From Acidiferrobacterales bacterium (GTDB lineage Bacteria; Pseudomonadota; Gammaproteobacteria; Acidiferrobacterales; SZUA-150), in the NCBI GenBank assembly GCA_947258385.1, contig CAMYII010000069.1, positions 11,106 through 75,105 of the forward strand: a DNA stretch of 64,000 bases, in the 5' to 3' direction. The first letter of the stretch is position 1. Each line of letters starts with the position of its first letter. The position numbers and the translations under genes are program-made. The notes below the pieces were generated by a model. The model saw only the letters and a program-made list of their open reading frames with translations. It was not told the DNA's origin and did no database searches. Shown one piece after another: positions 1 through 10,334 of the stretch.

Positions 1-90
1 GGTCTTCTAAGCACAAGCCCTCCTCTGCGCAACACACTCAGGCGCACAGTGAGCATTTGCGCGCAAGCACATTTAAACAAGTCAGCAAAC

Positions 91-1449
91 ATGAACCACT
101 CTCACGCCCAGGAAATTGCTTATATCGTTAAGGCCTATCCGCGCACCTCTGAAACCTTCATCGCCAACGAGGTGCGCCTGCTGGAGCAAGCCGGCCTACG
201 GTTACAAATATTCTCCTTGCTGCACGTCGCGCAGACACAAGAGCACGGGGTATTCAAGCAGATACAAGCGAAGGTCACGTACCTTCCCCCGCTCGACTCC
301 TTGTCGCGCAGCCGTTTCCTTTCATGGATGTGGCGCAATGGGAAGCGTGTGGCTGCCTCCCATCTGCGCCTGGCAGGCAAGCGCCCCGGCGCCTATCTTG
401 GCTGCCTGTTCAAGGCCTTGGCCATGGGCGTCAAATACCGTAAACGCAAGACCGATCTGTGCAGAAAAAAAATTATCAAGGAGTTTCTACAGGCCGGCTA
501 TATTGCCGAGAAGATTTTGCGGGCCCCCCAAATCAAACACCTGCATGCCCATTTCTGTGGGACCACTACGACCGTGGCCCTGTTTGTCAGCCGTCTGTGC
601 ACCTTGCCCTTCAGCTTCAGCGCACACGCCAAGGATATTTACCAGCAACAGCAGAATCCAGGCGACTTGTTACAACGCAAAATCAAACAGGCCGCTTTTG
701 TGGCCACGTGCACACTCACCAACCAAGACCACCTTCTACAAATGTGCGCATCGTCGAAACCGATTTATAGGATCTATCATGGAGTCAATACCCAGTTGTT
801 CCGACCGCCGTTACGGCACGGCACTATCGAACGCCCACTGATCTTGTCCATCGGGCGCCTGGTGCCAAAGAAAGGCTTTACTTATCTGGTGCAGGCGTGT
901 CATCACCTCAAACAGCAGGGCCATAATTTTGACTGCGTGATTATCGGCGATGACGGCGGCGAGCACGCGGCATTGACACGGCAAATCCGGCAACTGGAAT
1001 TGAGACAGACCGTTCGCCTGCCCGGCCCCATGACGCAAGAGGCGCTGTTACAGTGGTATCAACAGGCGACAGTGTTTGCGCTGCCCTGCGTTGTCCTCGA
1101 CGATGGGGACCGCGATGGGATTCCCAATGTCTTACTGGAGGCCATGGCAGTGGGCCTGCCCGTGGTTTCTACGCCCATTTCCGGCATTCCGGAAGTGGTC
1201 CACCACGAACGCAATGGCATACTGGTCCCACAGCGGGACAGCGTCGCACTGGCGGCGGCAATCGAGACACTATTCACCCAGGCCGCCTTGCGCTCCAGGC
1301 TCGGTGAAGCGGCAAGACAACACATCCACCACCAGCATGATTCAGCGAGGACCACCGTGGAACTCGTGCGCTTGTTTCAGTCCTCCCTTTACCTCGGACA
1401 AGACGCGATACCGCTGGCCGGCAGTAAACAAGGACACGCAAATGTCTGA
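91..1449 (+). CDS. Glycosyltransferase family 4 (GT-B fold, WcaL-like)
   Basis: YPRTSETFIANE N-terminal motif, HLHAHF, GRLVPKKG, DRDGIPNVLLEAMA; ATG at 91 preferred over GTG at 49. Confidence 0.9.
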   Translation: MNHSHAQEIAYIVKAYPRTSETFIANEVRLLEQAGLRLQIFSLLHVAQTQEHGVFKQIQAKVTYLPPLDSLSRSRFLSWMWRNGKRVAASHLRLAGKRPGAYLGCLFKALAMGVKYRKRKTDLCRKKIIKEFLQAGYIAEKILRAPQIKHLHAHFCGTTTTVALFVSRLCTLPFSFSAHAKDIYQQQQNPGDLLQRKIKQAAFVATCTLTNQDHLLQMCASSKPIYRIYHGVNTQLFRPPLRHGTIERPLILSIGRLVPKKGFTYLVQACHHLKQQGHNFDCVIIGDDGGEHAALTRQIRQLELRQTVRLPGPMTQEALLQWYQQATVFALPCVVLDDGDRDGIPNVLLEAMAVGLPVVSTPISGIPEVVHHERNGILVPQRDSVALAAAIETLFTQAALRSRLGEAARQHIHHQHDSARTTVELVRLFQSSLYLGQDAIPLAGSKQGHANV

Positions 1450-1499
1450 GGTTAGGAGTACGATGATTTTCACGGCACAACCATGGACCAGAGAATCTA

Positions 1500-2735
1500 A
1501 TGCCTTATCCTGACACCAAACGTATCGCTTATGTTATGAAGCGCTATCCGCGCTATTCAGAGACATTTATCGTCAACGAGATCGTGGCGCATGAAGCGGC
1601 CGGTATGGACATCGAGATCTTTTCCCTGCGCGCGCCGGAAGATACCCATTTCCAGGATGTCATCGCACGCGTCAGGGCACCGGTCAATTATTTGCCTCCC
1701 GCGACACCCAAGACCCCGGTATTCTGGCAGAACCTTGTCGAGACGGCCGATCTCCTGCCCGAAATCTGGCAGATCTTGCCAGGCGTGCGCCGGGACCCCA
1801 TACGCGATATCTATCAGGCACTTACCCTGGCACGGCTGATTTGTCAAAAAGACATCACCCATGTACATGCCCATTTCGCCAGTCAGGCAACCACGGTCAC
1901 ACGCCTGGCCGCGAAGTTCGCCGGCATTAATTATAGTTTTACCGCCCACGCCAAAGATATCTTCCATCAAAGCGTGGATGCCGATGATATGCGTCTGAAG
2001 CTGCGGGAAGCCCTGTTTAGCATCACGGTGAGCGATTTTAATCTGAGCTATTTGCGCGATACCTTTGGTCGCGATGCCAAACACGTGGTGCGCCTTTATA
2101 ATGGACTGGACCTCGAACGCTTTCCTTATCGATCTCCGCAGCAACGCCCGCGACAGATCATCGCTATCGGACGCCTGGTGGAGAAAAAGGGATTTGCCGA
2201 CCTGATCACGGCCTGCGCCATACTGGCCAAACGCGGGAAGGATTTCACCTGTGCAATCATTGGTACCGGCGAACAGGAAGCGGCCTTGCGCGAACAGATC
2301 CGGCAACATGGACTGCAAGCGCTCGTGCATGTCCTGGGGCCGCTGCCGCAGCAGGACATTATTCAACACATCCAGCAGGCCGCGGTACTCGCCGCACCCT
2401 GTGTGATCGCCGCCGACGGCAACCGCGATGGACTGCCTACGGTGTTGCTGGAAAGCATGGCCCTGGGAACGCCCGTTGTCAGCACTGATGTTACCGGCAT
2501 TCCCGAACTGGTAAAACACGAACGCACCGGACTCGTGGTACCACAATACGATCCTGAATCCCTGGCCAATGCCCTCGAACATCTGCTGGGTACACCGGAA
2601 GTGCGAATGAATCTGGCGATCCAGGCACGCCAGGCGATAGAATCCCAATTCGATATCCAGCAAAACGCCGCACAACTGCGCAAGCTGTTTCAGACTAGCA
2701 TGTTGCCTACGGCCATGTCTCAAGAGGCCGGCTGA
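1500..2735 (+). CDS. Glycosyltransferase family 4, paralog of the upstream gene
   Basis: YPRYSETFIVNE, HVHAHF, GRLVEKKG, NRDGLPTVLLESMA. Confidence 0.92.
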   Translation: MPYPDTKRIAYVMKRYPRYSETFIVNEIVAHEAAGMDIEIFSLRAPEDTHFQDVIARVRAPVNYLPPATPKTPVFWQNLVETADLLPEIWQILPGVRRDPIRDIYQALTLARLICQKDITHVHAHFASQATTVTRLAAKFAGINYSFTAHAKDIFHQSVDADDMRLKLREALFSITVSDFNLSYLRDTFGRDAKHVVRLYNGLDLERFPYRSPQQRPRQIIAIGRLVEKKGFADLITACAILAKRGKDFTCAIIGTGEQEAALREQIRQHGLQALVHVLGPLPQQDIIQHIQQAAVLAAPCVIAADGNRDGLPTVLLESMALGTPVVSTDVTGIPELVKHERTGLVVPQYDPESLANALEHLLGTPEVRMNLAIQARQAIESQFDIQQNAAQLRKLFQTSMLPTAMSQEAG

Positions 2736-3919
2736 TGCGCATCGCCTACATCTGCACTGACGCCGGTGTCCCCGTCTTTGGCACCAAGGGGTGTTCGGTC
2801 CATGTCCAGGAAATCCTGCGCGCCTTTCGCAAGCAGGGCGCGACGATAGAAGTATTCGCCACCAGTCTCAAGGGCGAGGCGCCGGCAGACCTGGCGGGCA
2901 TCCCAATACACAGACTCGATAAACCGCAAGGCGATCGTGCCGCCAGAGAACAGGCGGCGCTCGAGGGCAACACCCGCCTGCGGGACTTGCTGCGACAACA
3001 TGGCCCTTTCGATCTGGTCTATGAACGCTATGCCCTATGGAGCTATTCGGCGATGGAATACGCGCAGGCACAGGGCGTGCCCGGCCTGCTCGAGGTCAAC
3101 GCGCCTTTGATCGAAGAACAGGCCGAGCACCGGGGACTGGTGGATCGCGGTGCCGCGCAGCAGGCTTCGCGGCGCGCCTGGCACAGCGCCAGCGCCTTGC
3201 TGGCCGTCTCGCGCGAAGTCGCCGAATACCTACAGCGCGATAACCCGGCGCAGCGCATTCATGTCATCGCCAACGGCGTCAACCCCGAGCGCTTCACGCC
3301 AGAGCTGGCGCCCGCTCTGTCCCGTTCTGAGGAATCTTTTGTAATCGGGTTTGTCGGCACGTTCAAGCCCTGGCACGGTCTATTAGATCTGGTGGAGGCA
3401 TTTGCCCTCGTGCACCCCAGGCTGCCGCAGGCACGGCTGTTATTGGTAGGTGACGGACCGCAACGCGAGGCCATCGAACACGATTTGCAGGCAAGAGGGC
3501 TGCACAACTACGTCCACTGCACCGGGGCGGTGGCACCGCAACAGATACCGGCATTGCTGACCTCTATGGATGTCGCCGTGGCGCCTTATCCCGATCTGGC
3601 GTCATTTTATTTTTCACCGTTGAAGGTCTATGAATACATGGCCGCGGGCCGTGCGGTCATCGCCAGCCGTATCGGGCAACTCGCGCAATTACTGCATGAG
3701 GGCGTCTACGCGCTGGTGTACCAGCCGGGTGATATCAAAGCCCTGGCAGCCGTACTCGAGCGCCTCGCGCGCGATCCTGAACTTCGTTTGCGCCTGGGAA
3801 AGGCCGCGCGCCGCAAGATACTCCGGGAACATAGCTGGGATGCCGTGGTACAACACATCTTGGCGATTGCGCGCGACTCCACAAGCGTCCAGGCACAGGC
3901 ATGCGAGGCCCCTTACTAG
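2735..3919 (+). CDS. Glycosyltransferase family 4
   Basis: FVGTFKPWHG, YFSPLKVYEYMAAG; TGATG overlap with the previous gene. Confidence 0.92.
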   Translation: MRIAYICTDAGVPVFGTKGCSVHVQEILRAFRKQGATIEVFATSLKGEAPADLAGIPIHRLDKPQGDRAAREQAALEGNTRLRDLLRQHGPFDLVYERYALWSYSAMEYAQAQGVPGLLEVNAPLIEEQAEHRGLVDRGAAQQASRRAWHSASALLAVSREVAEYLQRDNPAQRIHVIANGVNPERFTPELAPALSRSEESFVIGFVGTFKPWHGLLDLVEAFALVHPRLPQARLLLVGDGPQREAIEHDLQARGLHNYVHCTGAVAPQQIPALLTSMDVAVAPYPDLASFYFSPLKVYEYMAAGRAVIASRIGQLAQLLHEGVYALVYQPGDIKALAAVLERLARDPELRLRLGKAARRKILREHSWDAVVQHILAIARDSTSVQAQACEAPY

Positions 3920-5769
3920 TGGCAAGCCCGGCAAAGCTCAATAAACTGGCCCCTTCACTGTGGCGCGTGCTGAAATACTTCTGGCCCTATGTGCGTAAGC
4001 GCAGATTACTCATATTCGGCGCGTTTGCCGCCCTGTTCGTGGAAGTGGTCATGCGCATCCTGGAACCGTGGCCGTTGAAATTCATTTTTGATCGCATTAT
4101 TCCGACACAAGGGGCTGGAGGCGCAGGGCCTGATGACACCCTGCTGCAGACGATGACACCCGGCGATGTGTTGATCCTGTCCGCTATCGCGGTGGTGATC
4201 ATCGCTGTACTGCGCGCTGCGGCCTCCTATGTCAATGTAGTGGGCTTCGCGCTCATCGGTAACCGCGTATTGACCGAGGTGCGCAACGACGTGTACCGGC
4301 ACCTTCAGACCTTGTCGCTTTCGTTTCATGGCAAATCACGCACCGGGGATATGATTGTCAGGGTGATCGGGGATATCGGTCTGCTGCAGGACGTCACCGT
4401 CACCGCCTTATTACCTCTGCTGGGCAATCTCATGGTGCTGGCCGGCATGCTGGGGGTCATGTTGTGGCTCAACTGGCAATTGGCAGTGCTGGGCCTGGTC
4501 GTGGTTCCGTTGTTCTGGCTGTCCTCGGTACGACTGGGAAGACGCATCCGCCAGGTCTCGCGCCAGCAACGCCAGCGTGAAAGCGCCATGGCGGCAACGG
4601 CCGCCGAGTCCATCGGCGCCATCAAGACCGTACAGGCACTGTCGTTACAACAAATTTTTAACCAGATTTTCTCCAGCGCCAGCAACAAGAGCCTGAAACA
4701 GGGCGTGCAGGCCAAACGGCTTTCGGCCAACCTGGAGCGCACCGTGGATGTCTTGATTGCCATCGCCACTGCCCTGGTGTTGTGGTATGGCACTCATCTT
4801 GTGCTGAGCAGCGCGCTTACACCCGGGGGGCTGTTGGTGTTTCTGTTTTATCTCAAGACCGCCTTCAAGCCGGTGCGCAATTTCGCCAAATATCTGGGAC
4901 GCCTGGCCAAGGCCAGTGCCGCCGGCGACCGGATCCTCGAACTGCTGGCGCATGAACCGGGGGTATCCGATCTACCCGATGCCGTCACCGCGCCGCCCTT
5001 ACGTGGGGCGGTGACATTCGATCAGGTCAGCTTTGCCTATGACGACCACACGGCGTTGCGCGACCTGAGTTTCGAGGTACAGGCCGGGCAACGTATCGCT
5101 ATCGTCGGTCCCTCCGGCGCTGGCAAGTCCACCATCGTCAATATGATTCTCCGGCTCTACGATCCGGGTTCGGGCGTGGTACGCATCGACGGACAGAATA
5201 TCCGCCGGTATACGCTCGACTCCCTGCGCGCCCAAATCGGTGTTGTGCTACAAGATGGTCTCCTGTTTGCCGCCAGTGTCCATGACAACATTGTCGGGGG
5301 CAGCCCAGAATACACGCCGCAAGCCGTCGAGCAGGCGGCGCGTCTGGCCAATGCACATGAATTCATCATGCAACTGCCGCACGGCTATGACACTGTGTTG
5401 GGGGAACGCGCGGTCACCCTGTCCAACGGCCAACGCCAACGCCTGACCATCGCCCGGGCCATCATACGCCGGACGCCGATCGTTGTTCTGGACGAACCCA
5501 CGACCGGTTTGGATGAAGACAACGAGCGCCAGGTCATCGAGGCGCTGGAGCACCTGACCGAGGGACGCACCGTGTTCATGATCACTCATGATCTGCAACT
5601 GGCGCGTCGCGCTGATCGCATTCTCTATATTGACGGCGGCGTACTGCGGGCCTGGGGCGATCATCATACACTGTTGCAGGGCAACACCCGCTACGCTTCG
5701 CTGTTCCAGGATGAGCCCATGACCAACAACGCCAACACGAACAGGGCGACTCATGCTGAGCTCGGCTGA
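3901..5769 (+). CDS. ABC exporter, fused permease/ATP-binding (MsbA-like)
   Basis: Hydrophobic N-terminal helices, Walker A GPSGAGKS, signature LSNGQRQR, Walker B VVLDE, H-loop ITHD. Confidence 0.93.
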   Translation: MRGPLLVASPAKLNKLAPSLWRVLKYFWPYVRKRRLLIFGAFAALFVEVVMRILEPWPLKFIFDRIIPTQGAGGAGPDDTLLQTMTPGDVLILSAIAVVIIAVLRAAASYVNVVGFALIGNRVLTEVRNDVYRHLQTLSLSFHGKSRTGDMIVRVIGDIGLLQDVTVTALLPLLGNLMVLAGMLGVMLWLNWQLAVLGLVVVPLFWLSSVRLGRRIRQVSRQQRQRESAMAATAAESIGAIKTVQALSLQQIFNQIFSSASNKSLKQGVQAKRLSANLERTVDVLIAIATALVLWYGTHLVLSSALTPGGLLVFLFYLKTAFKPVRNFAKYLGRLAKASAAGDRILELLAHEPGVSDLPDAVTAPPLRGAVTFDQVSFAYDDHTALRDLSFEVQAGQRIAIVGPSGAGKSTIVNMILRLYDPGSGVVRIDGQNIRRYTLDSLRAQIGVVLQDGLLFAASVHDNIVGGSPEYTPQAVEQAARLANAHEFIMQLPHGYDTVLGERAVTLSNGQRQRLTIARAIIRRTPIVVLDEPTTGLDEDNERQVIEALEHLTEGRTVFMITHDLQLARRADRILYIDGGVLRAWGDHHTLLQGNTRYASLFQDEPMTNNANTNRATHAELG

Positions 5770-8152
5770 CCGCGACCTGGTCCGGCGTGATCGCGCTATA
5801 CACGGTCTGGCCACGGTGCTGGATCCCGAGGCCATGGTCGAGTTATTGCTGACACACTTGCCTCAAGCGAATATCCGCGACGTTGAAGTCCACTATGTGC
5901 GCTACAAACCCGGCGTCAATTGTCTGGTGGGCTACACCCTGAACACGGCTGAGGGTACCGTGGACCTCTATGCCAAGGCCTACGGTGCCGCCAGCGACGG
6001 CAAGCGCTACAAACTGCCAGATCCCTGCAACCATCACCCCGTGCTCGGTGCCCACAGCCTGATCGTGGAAGACCTTGCCTTGACCATCAATGTGTTTCCC
6101 TGTGATCGACGTCTTGGGGTACTCAACAAGCTGCACTCAGCGCAGAATCGTGAACAGCTATTGCGCAAGATGCTGCCGAATCAGCCGCGGTACTGGCAAG
6201 TCCGGCTGCAAAAACTGCGTTATAAACCGGAACGCCGCTATGTCGCGAGCGCGCTGCTCGACGACCATCCGCAACTGGTGCTCAAGTGCTATGACCTGAC
6301 AACCTTTGATAATGCCTATCGCAATGCCAAGCGCCTGACATCAAAAGGACCACTGCGACAGGCCCGTTGCCTGGGGCGCTCCAGGCGTCACCGTGTACTG
6401 GCCTTCGAATGGATCGCCGGCCGGCCATTATCACAGATGATCGCCGAACACAGCTGGCGGGAACAGGATCTGGCCCTGCTTGGTGCCGCCCTCGGCAGCT
6501 TGCATCGGCAAAAGACCAAACGCCTGCATAGCCTGACACGCACCCGCGAGGCCAGGACCTTGGAGGCGGTGGCGCTGTGGTTAGGGACTATCCATCCTGA
6601 TCTTCAGCAACGCTACCACGCTGTGGGACAGGCCCTAAGCGCATCGCTGTTAGCCTTGCCCCCGCAAGGCGCCACGGTCCACGGCGATTTCTACGCCGAA
6701 CAAGTGCTGATCGACACCGGCGACAACGCACGCGCGGCGCTCGTGGATCTGGATTGCGCTGCGCGCGGCGATCGCGCCATGGACCTGGGTAACTTCCTGG
6801 GCCATCTGCAACGCGATGTCATCCTGGGTAAACTCGATGCCGACAACGCCGAGCGCCTGCGCGACGGCCTGCTGCGGGGATACCGCGAGACTGCCTCCTT
6901 GCCGGATAATGCACGTATCCAGCTGTATACCGCCGCCGCATTATTACGCCTCGCACCGGAATGTTTCCGTCGCCGCCTGCCCGACTGGCCACAGCAGTTA
7001 CGAGCGCATATGGACGCCGCCGAGGCTCAGCTTGCTTCGTTGGGAGGGGTCAGCATGGGCATGGCCAAGACACCACAGGCAGACACGACCGATCGCACCG
7101 AAGTCATCGATCCGTTTGGCATTGTCGCTGACCCGCTCCTGGAATTTGCCGACGCCGCGCTCGATCCCCTGCACGTGGCGAGCCAATTGCGTCAACACCT
7201 GCCTGAATACCTAGGCAGGCTGGAACGATTACGGGTCGAGGAAATCCGTGTATTGCGTCACAAACCCGGTCTACGTTGCCTGCTGCAATACAGGATCACA
7301 TACCAGACGGCGGATGGCACACAGGAAGACCTCACACTGATGAGCAAGATCAACGCCAGGCGCCCGGACAAGCCAGGCTATCGCCTGTTAAAGCAGCTAT
7401 GGAACCACGGCTTCGATGTCTACAGCACCGATGGCATCGGCGTACCCGAACCCATGGGCCTGATTCCCGATTGGCATATGCTGCTCCAGCGCCATGTCCC
7501 CGGCGTCCAGGCAAGCGAAGCGCTGGCACAGGCCGGCGACACCCGTATCGCCACGCGCATCGCCGAGGCCATCCATAAACTGCATCGAACCGGCATACCC
7601 GCCCAACGCCAGCACGGCATCGACGATGAACTTCGAATCCTCGCTGAACATCTGGACGGTCTGGCCCGGCAACGGCCCGCCTGGTCTGAGCGCCTGGAGC
7701 GCATCCTGCAGGCCTGTACCGAGCTCGCGCAGGCGAGCGCACCGCACCCGCCCTGCGGCATCCACCGCGATTTTTATCCCGACCAGGTGCTCATTGACGG
7801 TGACCGGCTCTATCTTCTGGACCTGGATCTGTATACAGAAGGGGAAGCCGTGCTCGACATGGGTAACTTTATCGCCCATCTCATGGAACTGGGATTGCGG
7901 ACGCGGCGCGACCCATGGGCGCTGAACGCACAGATGCACGCATTGGAACAACGCTTCCTTGAGCTCAACGGTGAGAGCTGTCAGCCGCGGTTACAGACCT
8001 ATGTCACCTTGAGCCTCGTCAGACACATTTCCCTGAGTACACGCTTCGAAGAACGAAAGCCGTTTACCATGGCGTTGATGGCGTTGTGCGAACAACGCCT
8101 GGGTATAGGCAAAGACGACCAGAGCAGCGAGCGTTTCATCAGTCAAATCTAA
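5753..8152 (+). CDS. Tandem aminoglycoside-phosphotransferase/choline-kinase-like protein (two kinase domains)
   Basis: Two Brenner-like motifs, VHGDFYAEQVL..LVDLD and IHRDFYPDQVL..LLDLD; repeated R(Y/H)KP modules. Confidence 0.85.
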   Translation: MLSSADRDLVRRDRAIHGLATVLDPEAMVELLLTHLPQANIRDVEVHYVRYKPGVNCLVGYTLNTAEGTVDLYAKAYGAASDGKRYKLPDPCNHHPVLGAHSLIVEDLALTINVFPCDRRLGVLNKLHSAQNREQLLRKMLPNQPRYWQVRLQKLRYKPERRYVASALLDDHPQLVLKCYDLTTFDNAYRNAKRLTSKGPLRQARCLGRSRRHRVLAFEWIAGRPLSQMIAEHSWREQDLALLGAALGSLHRQKTKRLHSLTRTREARTLEAVALWLGTIHPDLQQRYHAVGQALSASLLALPPQGATVHGDFYAEQVLIDTGDNARAALVDLDCAARGDRAMDLGNFLGHLQRDVILGKLDADNAERLRDGLLRGYRETASLPDNARIQLYTAAALLRLAPECFRRRLPDWPQQLRAHMDAAEAQLASLGGVSMGMAKTPQADTTDRTEVIDPFGIVADPLLEFADAALDPLHVASQLRQHLPEYLGRLERLRVEEIRVLRHKPGLRCLLQYRITYQTADGTQEDLTLMSKINARRPDKPGYRLLKQLWNHGFDVYSTDGIGVPEPMGLIPDWHMLLQRHVPGVQASEALAQAGDTRIATRIAEAIHKLHRTGIPAQRQHGIDDELRILAEHLDGLARQRPAWSERLERILQACTELAQASAPHPPCGIHRDFYPDQVLIDGDRLYLLDLDLYTEGEAVLDMGNFIAHLMELGLRTRRDPWALNAQMHALEQRFLELNGESCQPRLQTYVTLSLVRHISLSTRFEERKPFTMALMALCEQRLGIGKDDQSSERFISQI

Positions 8153-8159
8153 ACCCTGT

Positions 8160-10097
8160 TTGACCACACAGTCCCGGATTGATCAGACTATGAGCATTTA
8201 TCGTACCGCGTATGCCATTGCATTTTCCCTCATCGCACTCATCACCACCCTCGACAGCGCTCAGGCCGCCAAATTTGTCGGCAAGGAGCTTGAGATCAAG
8301 GGCAACTGGCGCGACGGCATAATCACAGCCAAGAGCATACGCGCGCCAAACAAGCGCTACGATGAGGACAAAGGCCGCGTCAGCGGGCGCATTACGGCCG
8401 TCGACCGGGGACTGCGCCGCATGCGGATCGGCCCGCTGACGATACACTGGTCGGCCAAGACACGGTTCGAACAGATCAAAGAGAGCACGCTGAGGGCGGG
8501 ACTGACGGTCAAGGTCAGCGTACGCCGCAGGAGTGACGGCAGGCTCGAGGCCAGGTCCATTAAAACGCGCGCGCGCATACGCGAAGCGATACGCTTGCGC
8601 GGCCTGGTCAGCACGGAAGAAAAGCTCGAGGATCGCTCGTATTTGGTTACCATACTGGGGCTGCAGGTGCGCGTTCCACGCAAAACATCAAAAGAGATAG
8701 ACAGACTGATTCGCCGCCCCGATGACCGTCGCCCGGAAGACCAATTCACCGTTACCATCGGTGACCGGCCCCTGACCATTGGCGGTGAATACAATCTGGA
8801 AGGTGAGGACCGTCACGACTTTAAGCTTGGCACTCCGGACGGCGACAACATTGAGCGTGATGACATCGCGCGCGTCAACCAGGAGCTGCAACTGGAGTTT
8901 GTCTATCCTTTCTCCGACGACGTGTCCATGTTCCTGGAGGCCAAGGGGCTCGACCGCCGGGATGTGCACATTGAGAACCGCAACAGAGATCTGGAAACCA
9001 CAACCGAGCTGCAGCGGGGCGAGACCTGGGTCTATATCAACAGACTGTTCAGCAAGTATTCGGGACTGCAGCTCGGACGTCAGAACGTCCGCGAAAGACG
9101 CGAATGGTGGTGGGACGAGGACCTGGACGCGGCGCGCCTGCGTTACACCGACAGGCACATTCACGGTGAGATCGGGCTGGCGCGCGAGCTCTTCAAGGTC
9201 TCTAACAAGCAGGACGAGATCGACCCAGAGAAGGAAGACATCACCCGTATTTTCGCCCACGGGGCCTGGCAGTGGCGCAAGCGGCAACTCCTCGAGGTCT
9301 TTGCTCTCAGTCAGACGGACAGCTCCGAGACACATGCCGTAGGAGAGCAATTGAACCCCGAAGAGGAAGACGAGATCGATGCAGACCTTGATTGGTTGGG
9401 CTTGCGTGCCAGAGGCAAAGTGAAATTCAAGCACGCCGGGCGGCTGCTCTATTGGCTGGATAGCGCCGTGGTAAAAGGGGAAGAAACCGTATACGACTAT
9501 GATGACAACCCCCTGCCCCCTCCCGCTCCCCCACGAGAAGTAGGTGACAGGGTTGATCAGGACGTGGATGGCTGGGCCTTTGATATCGGCGCCAGCTGGT
9601 CCACGCGTCTGCCGGGCCGGCCGGCCTTCACCCTGGGCTATGCCGTGGGTTCGGGCGACGACGACCCCAACGACGGCACGGACGAGTCCTTCCACCAGAC
9701 CGGGCTGCAGGACAACAACGGCCGCTTTCATGGGGTCAACCGCTTTCGCTATTACGGCGAGCTGCTGCGGCCCGAACTGTCCAATCTGCGCATCGCCACC
9801 GCCGCCATCGGTTTTCCGTTCTCGAAAAGGAGCTCAGTGGAATTGGTCTATCACCGTTATGAGCAGGTGTATGAACAGGAAGGATTACGCGATACCCGCC
9901 TGAAAATAGATCCCAATGATCCTGATCTTATTGATACCGACATTGGCGAGGAACTGGATCTCGTGATCGGAATGCGCAAATGGAAGCATGTGGACCTGGA
10001 ATTCATCGTTGCCGCCTTCCGTGCCGGCAAGGCCTTTGGTGTCAACGAAGACGAGACCGCGCGTTATGTAAATGCGGAGTTTACCTATAACTTCTAG
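8160..10097 (+). CDS. Alginate-export (AlgE-like) outer-membrane beta-barrel with N-terminal DUF5666-like repeats
   Basis: Signal peptide ending AQA; GRQ..WWWDEDLDA, GSGD..F.QTGLQDN, YYGELLRPELSNL; C-terminal Phe (YNF); start may be ATG 8190. Confidence 0.8.
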   Translation: MTTQSRIDQTMSIYRTAYAIAFSLIALITTLDSAQAAKFVGKELEIKGNWRDGIITAKSIRAPNKRYDEDKGRVSGRITAVDRGLRRMRIGPLTIHWSAKTRFEQIKESTLRAGLTVKVSVRRRSDGRLEARSIKTRARIREAIRLRGLVSTEEKLEDRSYLVTILGLQVRVPRKTSKEIDRLIRRPDDRRPEDQFTVTIGDRPLTIGGEYNLEGEDRHDFKLGTPDGDNIERDDIARVNQELQLEFVYPFSDDVSMFLEAKGLDRRDVHIENRNRDLETTTELQRGETWVYINRLFSKYSGLQLGRQNVRERREWWWDEDLDAARLRYTDRHIHGEIGLARELFKVSNKQDEIDPEKEDITRIFAHGAWQWRKRQLLEVFALSQTDSSETHAVGEQLNPEEEDEIDADLDWLGLRARGKVKFKHAGRLLYWLDSAVVKGEETVYDYDDNPLPPPAPPREVGDRVDQDVDGWAFDIGASWSTRLPGRPAFTLGYAVGSGDDDPNDGTDESFHQTGLQDNNGRFHGVNRFRYYGELLRPELSNLRIATAAIGFPFSKRSSVELVYHRYEQVYEQEGLRDTRLKIDPNDPDLIDTDIGEELDLVIGMRKWKHVDLEFIVAAFRAGKAFGVNEDETARYVNAEFTYNF

Positions 10098-10116
10098 GTC
10101 CGGGATGGCAACAAAG

Positions 10117-10322
10117 CAGAATCCGAAAATCGATACCTCAATACGTTCTGCCCCCTAGCGTTGTGGAACAAACGCAGAGGTCGCGAGACGCAAAGTACGC
10201 GAAGAAAGCAAAAAACGCGTTATATTCTGAGTATTCTCTGCGCCCTCCGCGCCTTGGCGTGCTTTGCGTTGCTTCCAGAGCATCAAGGGTTGCTGAGCGT
10301 TCGATTTTGCGACCGGTTCTAG
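10117..10322. repeat. Repeat family A, copy 1 (MITE-like nested hairpin)
   Basis: Shares AACGCAGAGGTCGCG..GTATTCTCTGCG.CCTC.GCGCCTT.GCGTGCTTTGCGT core with 22197, 39739 and 56490; ends GGTTCTAG; left end approximate. Confidence 0.85.
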
Positions 10323-10334
10323 TGACCCACCTGC

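Noticed and set aside
5419-5445. ABC signature LSNGQ (not LSGGQ) as an inactive ATPase
   Set aside because: Variation at this position is common; Walker A, Walker B and the H-loop are intact
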